The position numbers were made by a program, and so were the translations under genes. Positions 8,873 to 17,695 of a stretch of 64,000 nucleotides of DNA are shown here, in pieces. Positions within the stretch are counted from its first letter, which is position 1, and each line of letters starts with the position of its first letter. The stretch comes from Bacteroidales bacterium. GTDB lineage: Bacteria > Bacteroidota > Bacteroidia > Bacteroidales > UBA932. The notes under the pieces were generated by a model, which saw only the letters and a program-made list of their open reading frames with translations, was not told the origin of the DNA and did not search any database. The stretch covers positions 243,139-307,138 of the forward strand of contig OY762808.1 of NCBI GenBank assembly GCA_963666385.1. The letters run 5' to 3'.

Positions 8873-10069
8873 ATGTCTAAGGTTTTTTTAAAAAAGGGAA
8901 GGGATGCCTCTTTGAAAAGGTTCCATCCATGGGTTTTTTCCGGGGCCGTTTCCGGTGTAGAGGGTGAGCTCTGTGAGGGAGAACTGGTATCGGTATTTTC
9001 CTTTGATAATGAGTTTCTTGGATGTGGCCATTTTCAGAAAGGGTCAATAACCGTCAGGATTCTTGCTTTTGACGACTCTCCTTATTCCCAAGGATTTTGG
9101 AATGATCGTTTGGAAGAGGCTTACAAAATACGTGAACAACTCTGCATTATGGAGGAGGGCAAAACAAATTCATTCAGGTTGGTTCACGGAGAGGGAGATA
9201 TGTTGCCAGGTCTTGTTTTGGATTACTATAATGGTGTTATAGTAATGCAAGCTCATTCTGCCGGGATGGCCAAATCTAAAGAACAAATTGTAAAGGCCTT
9301 GAAATTTGTGTTGAAAGATAAGCTTTTGGCTCTCTATGATAAAAGTTCTACTACTGCTCCTTTCAAGGCGGGGCTGGATTTGCAGGATGGTTTTTTGTAC
9401 CAGGAAAAGGGTGTTTTGCAATCTGGTACTATACTGGAAAATGGGTTGGTTTTTAATGTGGATTGGCTGGAAGGCCAAAAGACTGGTTTTTTCCTTGACC
9501 AGAGAGAGAACAGGGAGTTGGTAAGGAGGTACGCAAAAGGGAAGGGTGTTTTGAACCTGTTTTGTTATACCGGTGGTTTTTCTGTTTACGCTCTTTCGGG
9601 TGGTGCATCTTTTGTAGATTCGGTAGATAGCTCTGCAAGGGCAATTGAAATGACAACCAAAAACCTGGAGCTTAATATTAAAGAGGGGGCTCCTGTATGC
9701 CATAATGAGTACTGTACCGATGCAATTGATTTTCTAAAAAACAGTCAGGATAACAAATACGATATGATTATTGTGGACCCTCCTGCTTTTGCCAAACACA
9801 GGGATGCACTCAGAAATGCTATGAGGGCGTACCAAAGGTTGAATGCCAATGCAATTTCCAAGGTTTCCAAAGGCGGGATAATCTTTACATTCAGTTGTTC
9901 CCAGGTTGTGGACAAGGTCTCTTTTGCAGAGGCTGTTTTTTCGGCTGCGGCAATTTCCGGACGGAGGGTAAGGATAATTGGACGTATGACACAACCAGCT
10001 GATCATCCTGTGAATATCTATCATCCAGAGGGTGAGTATCTCAAAGGTTTGGTATTGCGGGTGGATTGA
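8873..10069 (+). CDS. rlmI: class I SAM-dependent 23S rRNA (cytosine-C5) methyltransferase RlmI-like
   Basis: N-terminal PUA-like KKGRDASLKRFHPWVFSGAV. SAM-binding LNLFCYTGGFS and catalytic IIVDPPAF motifs. Confidence 0.85.
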   Translation: MSKVFLKKGRDASLKRFHPWVFSGAVSGVEGELCEGELVSVFSFDNEFLGCGHFQKGSITVRILAFDDSPYSQGFWNDRLEEAYKIREQLCIMEEGKTNSFRLVHGEGDMLPGLVLDYYNGVIVMQAHSAGMAKSKEQIVKALKFVLKDKLLALYDKSSTTAPFKAGLDLQDGFLYQEKGVLQSGTILENGLVFNVDWLEGQKTGFFLDQRENRELVRRYAKGKGVLNLFCYTGGFSVYALSGGASFVDSVDSSARAIEMTTKNLELNIKEGAPVCHNEYCTDAIDFLKNSQDNKYDMIIVDPPAFAKHRDALRNAMRAYQRLNANAISKVSKGGIIFTFSCSQVVDKVSFAEAVFSAAAISGRRVRIIGRMTQPADHPVNIYHPEGEYLKGLVLRVD

Positions 10070-10109
10070 TAAATATTCTTATATTTACATATTGACAAAC
10101 AAATGATAT

Positions 10110-10607
10110 ATGGAAAATTTGGAAATTCCCAAAGGAGACAAGAGAGCTGTTTACGAGTCCCTCATACCTCAGATACATTCATTGTTGGATGGTGAAACTG
10201 ATCTTTATGCAAACCTTGCCAATGTGGCTGCAGCTTTGAAAGAGGGGTTTGGTCATTTTTGGGTAGGATTCTATATTGTAAAGCAGCAAAAGCCGGATCA
10301 TTCTGTTTTGGTGCTGGGTCCGTTCCAGGGGCCGGTGGCGTGTACAAGGATTTCTTATGGGAAGGGAGTCTGCGGTACTGCGTGGAAAGAGGGAAAATGT
10401 CTGGTGGTTGATGATGTTGACCTGTTTCCGGGACATATAGCTTGTAGTTCCTTGTCCCGTTCTGAGATTGTAGTTCCTTTTTTCAATGATGGCAAAGTGG
10501 TGGCGGTGCTGGACATCGACAGTGAAAGGTTGTCTGGCTTTGACCAGACAGATGCTCTTTACCTTGAGAAACTTTTTCCTCATGGTTTTTGGAGACTCTG
10601 CAAATAA
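10110..10607 (+). CDS. GAF domain protein, free methionine-(R)-sulfoxide reductase family
   Basis: 165 aa. WVGFY...GPFQGPVACTRISYGKGVCGTAW...PGHIACSSLSRSEIVVP matches the fRMsr/YebR pattern with conserved Cys. Confidence 0.8.
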   Translation: MENLEIPKGDKRAVYESLIPQIHSLLDGETDLYANLANVAAALKEGFGHFWVGFYIVKQQKPDHSVLVLGPFQGPVACTRISYGKGVCGTAWKEGKCLVVDDVDLFPGHIACSSLSRSEIVVPFFNDGKVVAVLDIDSERLSGFDQTDALYLEKLFPHGFWRLCK

Positions 10608-10642
10608 TATCCATGTACTTTATTGTTACAAAAAACAATATT

Positions 10643-13081
10643 ATGAAACTTAAACTTTGTATTGCCATTTCTTTGGTTTTGTTTGCCATCTTTTTAGTCT
10701 CATGTAGTGATAATAAAGTTAAGATGGTTCCTGGTGTGAGTAAGGAGCTCGCCTTGGCCAGAAAGGACAATATCGACGGGATAACCTATTCTCTGCATTT
10801 TTCAATACCAAGAAGTGTCGATTCGCTGTTGTACTCCCGTATGGAATTGAAATTCACTTTGGATGAAACAAAAGATGTTTTGCTGGATTTCAAACCATCA
10901 TATGATTACCAGAAGTATCCGTTGAATGAGGTTTATGTGAATGGTCATTTGTGTGATCTTGTTTTTGAGGAGGAGCATTTGGTTGTACCAGCCAAATATT
11001 TGACAAAAGGTAAGAATATGGTAAGGGCAAAATTCGTGGCAGGTGAACAGTCTTTGAACAGGCGAGTGGATATCATGTACACATTGCTTGTTCCTGACAG
11101 GGCCAGGACTCTGTTCCCATGTTTTGACCAGCCTGATTTGAAAGCTCAATACAATCTTTCTTTGCAGATTCCTGATGAATGGGAAGCTGTTGCAAATGGG
11201 AAGCCAATGGAAACATGTGATATCGGGAATGGTTTCAAGAAAATTATTTTTTCGGGGACTGAACCGATTCCAACTTACCTTTTTTCTTTTGTGGTTGGTG
11301 ACTTGAAGAGATTGACAGAGAACAGGGATGGCAGGGAAGTGAATTTGTGGCATATGGAGAATGATCCTGACAAATTAGCCCAGACTCCCGAGATTTTCTC
11401 TTTGGTGTATGGCTCTCTTGAATGGCTGGAAGATTACACTGGTATTGAATACCCTTTTACTAAATATGATATTGTTGTTTTACCTGGTTTCCAATATGGA
11501 GGGATGGAACATATGGGGGCTACTTTGTATGCAGACAGGACAATGTTCCTGGAACCTAGTGCAACAATAACCGAGCATATGTCCAGGGCAAAGCTAGTCG
11601 CTCATGAAACAGCCCATATGTGGTTTGGTGACTATGTCACTATGAAATGGTTTGATGATGTTTGGACCAAGGAGGTTTTTGCCAATTGGTTTGCTTCCAG
11701 GATAGTCTCTCCTATGTTTGAAGATATAAACCATAGGCTTAATTTTTTAAACACCTATTATCCTGCTGCTTATGCAGAAGATAGAAGCCTTGGGGCCAAC
11801 CCTGTCCAACAGGAGTTGTCAAATTTGCAGGATGCAGGTCTTGTGTATGGAAATATTATATACAACAAAGCCCCTATTGTAATGGATAAATTGGTCTCCA
11901 TGATTGGAGATTCCCTTTTCAAGGAGGGTATAAGGGAATATTTGAAGAGCTTTGCCTATGGTAATGCAACCTGGGATGATTTGATTGATATATTGGATGC
12001 TCGTTCTCAAAAAGACTTGCAGGCTTGGAGCAATGTGTGGATAAAGGAGAAGGGCAGGGCTGATATTTATTTGTCAATAAAAGGGGACTCCCTTGTGTGT
12101 GAAGAGGTGGATCCATTTGGAAGAGGGTTAAGTTGGGGTGAGAGTGTCTCTTTTGATTTAGTCCCGGACCCTGAAGGCAATGTGTACGGTTTGATAATTC
12201 CAGATTCCCTTTTGTTGAATGAAACAATCAATAACCTGAAACTTGGTAAAGTTGATAGTGATGTTGCCCGGTTGTCTGCAATGATTAATTTGTATGAGTT
12301 GGTATACAAGAGGTTGTTAGAGGAAGAACTATTTTTGGAAACAATTGAGGCAGTACTTTCCAAAGAAGATAATCCATTGGTGTTCTCAAGGTTGGTTGGT
12401 TATATTTCATCCAATCTTTTTGCCAGTCATAATGAAGCTACCGAATCTATCCTAAAAGGGATTTATACCCATTCTGACTCTCCTTTCAAACGATCAATGG
12501 CCTTTAAGGCTTATGTTTCAGTGGCGAGGTCGCAGGAAGCCAAAAATGAATTGTCCAAGGTTTGGAAAAATCCCGACTCATTCGAATATGTTTCACTTGG
12601 CCAATGGGATTTGATGGATTTATCATACAAACTTGCTTTGCTGGATCCAGATTCTTACCTGCATTTACTGGACGTACAATCAATAAGGTTGTCATCTTCT
12701 CCTAGGCTTTCAGAATTCCGGTGGATTTTTCCTTCGTTGTCTCCTTCTGAAATTACCAGGGATTCTGTTTTCAGCTCTTTGTTGGAAAGTCAAAACCGTA
12801 GTACAGAACCTTGGGCTGCACAGGCTTTGGGTTTTTTGAATCATGAACTAAGGAGTGAACAGGCTTTGGATTACATTTTGCCTGGACTGGAGGTTTTGGA
12901 GGAGGTGCATTACACCGGTGATATTTTTTTCCCGGCAAGATGGTGCTCTGCATTGCTTTCGGGTCATTCGTCGGATAGTGCTTATTTTATTGTAAACGGA
13001 TTTTTGGACCGTAACAGGGATTATAATCCTTTATTGAAAAACAAGATATTGCAACAATCACAACATCTTTCCAGGAAATGA
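10643..13081 (+). CDS. M1 family zinc aminopeptidase, lipoprotein
   Basis: GGMEH (GxMEN-like) plus HETAHMWFGD...WTKE (HExxH-18-E) motifs. Start set to MKLKLCIAISLVLFAIFLVSCSD (lipobox LVSC), which removes the overlap with the GAF gene. Confidence 0.85.
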   Translation: MKLKLCIAISLVLFAIFLVSCSDNKVKMVPGVSKELALARKDNIDGITYSLHFSIPRSVDSLLYSRMELKFTLDETKDVLLDFKPSYDYQKYPLNEVYVNGHLCDLVFEEEHLVVPAKYLTKGKNMVRAKFVAGEQSLNRRVDIMYTLLVPDRARTLFPCFDQPDLKAQYNLSLQIPDEWEAVANGKPMETCDIGNGFKKIIFSGTEPIPTYLFSFVVGDLKRLTENRDGREVNLWHMENDPDKLAQTPEIFSLVYGSLEWLEDYTGIEYPFTKYDIVVLPGFQYGGMEHMGATLYADRTMFLEPSATITEHMSRAKLVAHETAHMWFGDYVTMKWFDDVWTKEVFANWFASRIVSPMFEDINHRLNFLNTYYPAAYAEDRSLGANPVQQELSNLQDAGLVYGNIIYNKAPIVMDKLVSMIGDSLFKEGIREYLKSFAYGNATWDDLIDILDARSQKDLQAWSNVWIKEKGRADIYLSIKGDSLVCEEVDPFGRGLSWGESVSFDLVPDPEGNVYGLIIPDSLLLNETINNLKLGKVDSDVARLSAMINLYELVYKRLLEEELFLETIEAVLSKEDNPLVFSRLVGYISSNLFASHNEATESILKGIYTHSDSPFKRSMAFKAYVSVARSQEAKNELSKVWKNPDSFEYVSLGQWDLMDLSYKLALLDPDSYLHLLDVQSIRLSSSPRLSEFRWIFPSLSPSEITRDSVFSSLLESQNRSTEPWAAQALGFLNHELRSEQALDYILPGLEVLEEVHYTGDIFFPARWCSALLSGHSSDSAYFIVNGFLDRNRDYNPLLKNKILQQSQHLSRK

Positions 13082-13983
13082 CTCTTCAAACTAAAGCTAT
13101 GGTAATGGGTTCCTTTGTTGTCTTTTTTTGGGCAACAGCAGCAACAGCATTCAAAATAGCTTTGTCTGGCATGGGGTACTTTGAATTATTGATGATAGCT
13201 TCGTTCACGACACTATTGATTTCTGCTGTGGAAATTTCTTATTCTGGCAAATGGAGCAAGATATTGAAGGTGTTCGAAGACCAACCCAGGCTGGTAAAAT
13301 TCTCCCTCCAGGGATTGCTGAACCCCCTCCTTTATTATTTGGTATTGTTCAAGGCCTACTCTCTGTTGCCAGCTCAAATTGCCCAACCTTTGAATTATTC
13401 ATGGCAGATTGTTTTGGTTTTGATGATTTCTTTGGTATTCAAGCAGAAGTTGGGAATAAGCAAGTTGATAGGTGTGTTTATTAGCTTTGCAGGTATCCTT
13501 GCATTGTCTTTCAACAGTGGTGCTTCTGCCACCGGAGAACTCTCTGTTACGGGAATACTCTTGGCATTGGGTAGTGCCTTTATATGGGCAACCTTTTGGA
13601 TTTCTAAAATCAACGTCAATGATGATCCTTCTGTTTCATTGTTCTTCAATTTTTTGGCTGGGAGTATATATCTTTTGATAATATCTTTTTTTGTGGAAAC
13701 TTCCCTACCGCCTTTCAAATCTGTTTTAGCAGGGGTGTATGTAGGTGTTTTTGAAATGGGTATAACATTCATTTTGTGGGGAAAGGCTCTTAATACAGCT
13801 ACGAATAAGCTGATGCTTACACAACTCACATATCTGGCACCTGTAATTTCCTTATTATTAATCGCTTTAGTATTACAAGAGAAGATTGGGCCTTTAACAA
13901 TATTTGGATTGATCGCTATTCTGTCTGGTATAGCAATTGCAAACATCAACAGGAGAGTAGCATCTAAGGATTTGGACGAATAA
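13078..13983 (+). CDS. DMT superfamily (EamA-like) transporter
   Basis: 301 aa with about 10 hydrophobic helices in two repeated halves. ATGA overlap with the upstream stop. Confidence 0.8.
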   Translation: MTLQTKAMVMGSFVVFFWATAATAFKIALSGMGYFELLMIASFTTLLISAVEISYSGKWSKILKVFEDQPRLVKFSLQGLLNPLLYYLVLFKAYSLLPAQIAQPLNYSWQIVLVLMISLVFKQKLGISKLIGVFISFAGILALSFNSGASATGELSVTGILLALGSAFIWATFWISKINVNDDPSVSLFFNFLAGSIYLLIISFFVETSLPPFKSVLAGVYVGVFEMGITFILWGKALNTATNKLMLTQLTYLAPVISLLLIALVLQEKIGPLTIFGLIAILSGIAIANINRRVASKDLDE

Positions 13984-13993
13984 AAAAAATAGT

Positions 13994-14001
13994 TATCTTT
14001 G
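13994..14001 (+). promoter_or_regulatory. -7 promoter motif (TATCTTTG) for tRNA-Cys
   Basis: TAnnTTTG ends 12 nt before the mature tRNA 5' end. Confidence 0.45.
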
Positions 14002-14013
14002 CAGACTCAAATC

Positions 14014-14084
14014 GGTACCCTGGCCGAGTGGTTAGGCAACGGTCTGCAAAACCGTCTACAGCAGTTCGATTCTGCTGGGTACCT
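14014..14084 (+). tRNA. tRNA-Cys (anticodon GCA)
   Basis: Folded by hand. Acceptor GGTACCC/GGGTACC, anticodon stem ACGGT/ACCGT with loop CTGCAAA, T arm AGCAG-TTCGATT-CTGCT, discriminator T (a Cys identity element). CCA is not encoded. Confidence 0.9.
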
Positions 14085-14090
14085 CATTAA

Positions 14091-14121
14091 CCTGCGGAAT
14101 TCTTTCCGCAGGTTTTTTTTT
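14091..14121 (+). terminator. rho-independent terminator after tRNA-Cys
   Basis: cctgcgg-aattcttt-ccgcagg followed by T9. Confidence 0.75.
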
Positions 14122-14156
14122 GCTGTGCTGGTAGCAGGTTGCACCCAGGCTCCACC

Positions 14157-14174
14157 TCTCACCTTTTTTCACAT
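14157..14174. repeat. 18-bp inverted copy (tctcaccttttttcacat) of the conserved core of the downstream direct repeats
   Basis: Exact reverse complement of atgtgaaaaaaggtgaga at 14279-14296 and 14355-14372. Confidence 0.85.
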
Positions 14175-14236
14175 CTCCTTCACCAGCAAGCATTTCACCC
14201 ACGCACCTCTGCACAAACCAAAAAGAAACAATCACG

Positions 14237-14378
14237 CAAGTGCAAACACCTCACGCTAAATCACCACAAAACCAGCTACATGTGAAAAAAGGTGAGACCT
14301 GCCACCCGGCACCAAGTGCAAACATCTCACACCAAACCATCACATAACCAGCTACATGTGAAAAAAGGTGAGACCTGC
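14237..14378. repeat. two 66-bp direct repeats (14237-14302 and 14313-14378, period 76 bp)
   Basis: Aligned by hand: 60/66 identical. The 3' 33 nt (aaccagctacatgtgaaaaaaggtgagacctgc) are identical. The plus strand is strongly C/A-rich and G-poor. Confidence 0.85.
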
Positions 14379-14394
14379 AGCCCGCCATGCAAGC

Positions 14395-14421
14395 AAAAAG
14401 CCACCCCTTTTGGAGGTGGCT
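14395..14421 (-). terminator. rho-independent terminator downstream of the dsbD-like gene
   Basis: The minus-strand RNA reads gccaccuc-caaaa-gggguggc followed by uuuuu, about 65 nt after the stop at 14485. Confidence 0.6.
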
Positions 14422-14484
14422 TGCAACACAAAACCTAAAATACTTAAAATACTAACCAAAAATTATCAGGCTTTGGCAGAGTTG

Positions 14485-17133
14485 CTACCTGGCTATCCCG
14501 TTTTGCAGGAATTCCAGGAAAACCTCCACATCCAGGTTGTAGCCCATGGGGTCGGTAAGGTGTTCCTCGGTTGCCGGGTCGATGATCGCGTAGTAAGGCT
14601 GCGCATTCACGTTGTATTTGTTCATCGCAAGGTGAGCATTGATCTTGCCGATGCTTTTGAGAACTCGGCCCCTCTCGTTTGTGATCCAGTCTCCCTCAAC
14701 CGCTGTCTTTTTGTCGTCGGCATAAAGGGCAATGAGAACGAACTCCTCCCTTAACAGTTTGAGCACCCTGGGGTCCGACCACACCCTCGCCTCCATCTCG
14801 CGGCAATTGACGCAGCCATGGCCGGTGAAATCAATGAAGACTGGTTTGCCCACTTTTTTTGCGTATTCCATCCCCTCCTGGTAACGGAAAAAACCCTCCA
14901 GCCCGTGGGGCAAATGCAGAAAATCGCTGTAGGTGGGAACAATCCCCTGCGCACGCAATGAAAGGTTTGCAGAGTTTACACCAACTACGCCAGGGAGTTG
15001 CCCCTCTTTGCCTTGTCCGCTCCATTGTCCATCGGCATAATATGCTCCTGTACCGCTCGCATCGTAGCCACCGGCCCCGACAGCTCCATTCGATCCTGCA
15101 CCGTAGCCTCCGGCCCCGTAACCGCCTGAACCAACACCACCCACCTGCGCCGTGCGGAAATCCTGGCTGCCCATAGGCGGCAAATATCCCGAAAGCGCTT
15201 TCAACGGTGCGCCCCACATACCAGGGATCATATAGACAACAAAGGCAAAGGTGGCTATGGACATCGCCAGCCTCTTGACCGTTATGTACTCCGTTGGCGA
15301 ATCATGAGCAAATCTCAGTTTGCCCAAAAGGTACAGCCCCATCAAGGTGAATACAACAATCCAGATCGCAAGGTAAACCTCCCTGTCAAGCAAACCCCAA
15401 TGGTAAACCTGGTCGGCAACGCTCAAAAACTTGAACCCCAATGCAACCTCTATGAACCCAAGCACAACCTTCACGCTGTTGAGCCACCCGCCCGACTTGG
15501 GCAAATCCTTCAAAAGCGAAGGGGCAAATGCGAAGATTGTAAACGGAAGTGCAAAGGCGGCAGAGAAGGCCAGCATGGTGATGATGGGTTCCCAGATCTC
15601 TCCCTGGGTAGATTTTATCAGTATGGTGCCTACAATGGGGCCGGTGCAGGAGAAGGATACCAAAACCAAGGTAAGTGCCATGAAAAAGACCCCTGCATAA
15701 CCCCCTTTGTCCGACTTGCTGTCGCTTTTGTTGACAAGCCAGCTAGGCAAAACTATCTCGAACGCCCCGAAAAACGAAGCGGCAAAGAGCATGAAAATGA
15801 CAAAGAACAACAGGTTGGGAACCCAATGGGTGGCCAGCCAGTTGAAGATGTCTGCAGTAACAGCCTCGCCACCCGCAAAATAGGTGATAACTATTATTGC
15901 GGCTATTGGCAATGTATACAGTGCAATGATAGAGAGCCCAAAGAAGCTGGCCATCATACGGCCTCGAGAAGAGCTGCTGCGTGAAGAACTTGTGCGCGAA
16001 GAACTTGTGCGAGTAACATTTTTACTCGTTTGGGCAGAGTCCACACCGCCTGTAGCTCCGGCTCCGGCAATGACTTCTCCGGAAGCACCAGAACCGGCAG
16101 TACCCGCTCCCCCGTCAGCGCCAGAACCGGCAGCGCCTTCTACAGCCGCACCTTCTACAGCCGCACCTTCACGCGCCTGACTTTGCTGGCTCTGCTTCAA
16201 AAAGAAAGATACTGTCATCGGCACCATCGGAAAGACACACGGGGTGAGCAAAGCAACAAAGCCCCAAATAATCGCCTCGATTATAACTCCCCACATAGAT
16301 TTATCATCACTTGTGCCAGCAGAAACAGGAGATAATCCCACGGTAGTTGACTCTTGATTATCTGTGTCTAAGATTGTATTTGAATTTATTGAATCGGACC
16401 CGTTGGTTATGGGTCCACTTGTTGTAGATTCGTCGGTTGTGGATTTATTGCTTACAGATTCTCCCGTTTCGGCCTCTGTTGAGCTACTTGCTGTCCGTGA
16501 TTCTGATACTTTTGCTGTCGTTGCAGCTTGTTTGGTTGCAGATGTTGTTTCTGGTTTTACAGACTGTTTTGTTTTTGCCTTGGGAACAGCTGCCTCTGCT
16601 TTAGCACTCTTTGTCGCATCCGAACCGGCTGCCACTTTACCTACCCCAGGCAACTTTATCACAAACTCCTTGTCGGTGGGCGGGAGGCAACTCTGGTCGT
16701 CACACGCCTGCCACTCAACTATTGCAAGCAACGCAACAGAATCGGCCGACAAAACACGCACCTTTTGGGCAATCACCACTTTATCTTCACAAATTCCAAT
16801 CTCCATCCCGAACATCTCGTCATATTTGCGGTACTCCTCGGTGAGCAGGTAGGGCCCTCCTACCAACTCAAACGCAGAAGCATTCCCATTGGCTGCCTCC
16901 ACAACCAAACTGGTTGGAGTAGGCCCATTCTCATAAGGACCAAGCCCGTAAATATGCCACTCAGGCCTGTTTGGGTCAAGATCTCCGGTTATCTTAATTA
17001 TAAATTGATTGTCTGTGCTTTTCCCTATTTCGTATTTCCACCGAATAGGTTGTTCTACCCTTTGTGCTGTCAATGGTGAAAAACAGAAGAGAGAAATCAC
17101 AAAAAGTGATAGTAAAAGAAATTGTTTTTTCAT
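14485..17133 (-). CDS. dsbD: thiol:disulfide interchange protein DsbD-like (N-terminal DsbD-alpha domain, CcdA-type membrane core, C-terminal thioredoxin) with three low-complexity inserts
   Basis: WQACDDQSCLPP (alpha-domain Cys pair). LLTPCVFPMVPM and LVSFSCTGPIVG (membrane-core Cys). GHGCVNCREME (thioredoxin CxxC). N-terminal signal peptide. Confidence 0.85.
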   Translation of the reverse strand: MKKQFLLLSLFVISLFCFSPLTAQRVEQPIRWKYEIGKSTDNQFIIKITGDLDPNRPEWHIYGLGPYENGPTPTSLVVEAANGNASAFELVGGPYLLTEEYRKYDEMFGMEIGICEDKVVIAQKVRVLSADSVALLAIVEWQACDDQSCLPPTDKEFVIKLPGVGKVAAGSDATKSAKAEAAVPKAKTKQSVKPETTSATKQAATTAKVSESRTASSSTEAETGESVSNKSTTDESTTSGPITNGSDSINSNTILDTDNQESTTVGLSPVSAGTSDDKSMWGVIIEAIIWGFVALLTPCVFPMVPMTVSFFLKQSQQSQAREGAAVEGAAVEGAAGSGADGGAGTAGSGASGEVIAGAGATGGVDSAQTSKNVTRTSSSRTSSSRSSSSRGRMMASFFGLSIIALYTLPIAAIIVITYFAGGEAVTADIFNWLATHWVPNLLFFVIFMLFAASFFGAFEIVLPSWLVNKSDSKSDKGGYAGVFFMALTLVLVSFSCTGPIVGTILIKSTQGEIWEPIITMLAFSAAFALPFTIFAFAPSLLKDLPKSGGWLNSVKVVLGFIEVALGFKFLSVADQVYHWGLLDREVYLAIWIVVFTLMGLYLLGKLRFAHDSPTEYITVKRLAMSIATFAFVVYMIPGMWGAPLKALSGYLPPMGSQDFRTAQVGGVGSGGYGAGGYGAGSNGAVGAGGYDASGTGAYYADGQWSGQGKEGQLPGVVGVNSANLSLRAQGIVPTYSDFLHLPHGLEGFFRYQEGMEYAKKVGKPVFIDFTGHGCVNCREMEARVWSDPRVLKLLREEFVLIALYADDKKTAVEGDWITNERGRVLKSIGKINAHLAMNKYNVNAQPYYAIIDPATEEHLTDPMGYNLDVEVFLEFLQNGIAR

Positions 17134-17190
17134 TTTGTTTAATTGTGGTTATAGTAATTATACAATTAAAGGCGGTGTTACCCTAAAAAA

Positions 17191-17223
17191 ACAAATAAAA
17201 AAAGCCGGACATTTGGTCCGGCT
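17191..17223 (-). terminator. rho-independent terminator downstream of the PUR-like gene
   Basis: The minus-strand RNA reads agccggac-caaau-guccggcu followed by uuuuuuuauuuguuuuuuu, 27 nt after the stop. Confidence 0.7.
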
Positions 17224-17249
17224 ATTGATATTGTTTATTTGAAAGCAAA

Positions 17250-17603
17250 TTAAAGTTCTTCAAAACTAACATCAGAAAAAGATGAAGAGACATTTTGCTC
17301 GTCATTTCTCTCGTTGTTGGTGGTTGGATTTTTCTCTTTAATAAACTGGATAACCTCCTCCAAGCCTTGTGAAAACTTCTCAAAATCTTCTTTGTACAAA
17401 AATATCTTGTGTTTGTCGTATACAAAACGTCCATCCTTGTCCATCCTTCTTTTGCTTTCGGTAATGGTAAGGTAATAGTCGTTGTTTTTTGTTGACTTCA
17501 CATCAAAGAAATAGGTACGTTTACCTGCCCTAACTGGTTTTGAGAAAACATCATCCCCATTTCGCTCACGCGAATCTACATTGTCAAAATCCTCGAAGTA
17601 CAT
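17250..17603 (-). CDS. PUR-alpha-like (DUF3276 family) predicted ss-nucleic-acid-binding protein
   Basis: 117 aa. FSKPVRAGKRTYFFDVKSTKNNDYYLTITESKRR...KHKIFLYKEDFEKF matches the bacterial PUR repeat pattern as I remember it. Confidence 0.7.
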   Translation of the reverse strand: MYFEDFDNVDSRERNGDDVFSKPVRAGKRTYFFDVKSTKNNDYYLTITESKRRMDKDGRFVYDKHKIFLYKEDFEKFSQGLEEVIQFIKEKNPTTNNERNDEQNVSSSFSDVSFEEL

Positions 17604-17661
17604 TTTTCTAGTTTTTAAGTTTAGAACACAAAGATAAAATTAATTTTTGTGCACAAAAACC

Positions 17662-17669
17662 TATCTTTG
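17662..17669 (+). promoter_or_regulatory. -7 promoter motif (TATCTTTG) for the nusB operon
   Basis: TAnnTTTG lies 27 nt upstream of ATG 17696. Confidence 0.45.
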
Positions 17670-17695
17670 TAAAATATTTGATAATATTTCTATTT

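Noticed and set aside
9170-9703. 177-aa antisense ORF inside rlmI, with similar cases in the DMT transporter (13395-13949), PBP4 (2016-2528, 2742-3299), glnN (4021-4551) and the M55 gene (24500-25027)
   Set aside because: All lie within motif-supported genes on the opposite strand and lack promoter motifs and protein-like composition.
13999-14754. Plus-strand ORFs 13999-14259 and 14368-14754
   Set aside because: The first reads straight through tRNA-Cys and its terminator. The second starts at a GTG inside the repeat core and runs antisense into dsbD. Neither looks like a protein.
14859-16335. Multiple 98-226-aa ORFs in alternative frames and strands across the dsbD-like gene (for example 15304-15984)
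   Set aside because: They arise from the locally high GC and repeat content. The minus-strand DsbD frame carries all catalytic motifs, and the alternatives are low-complexity Arg/Gly/Pro strings.
14014-17250. Genomic island integrated at tRNA-Cys (GC-shifted dsbD plus flanking repeats)
   Set aside because: No integrase, excisionase or mobility gene is present. By eye I find no direct repeat of the tRNA 3' end downstream. The segment contains a single housekeeping-type gene. It is kept only as a comment under the repeat and DsbD findings.
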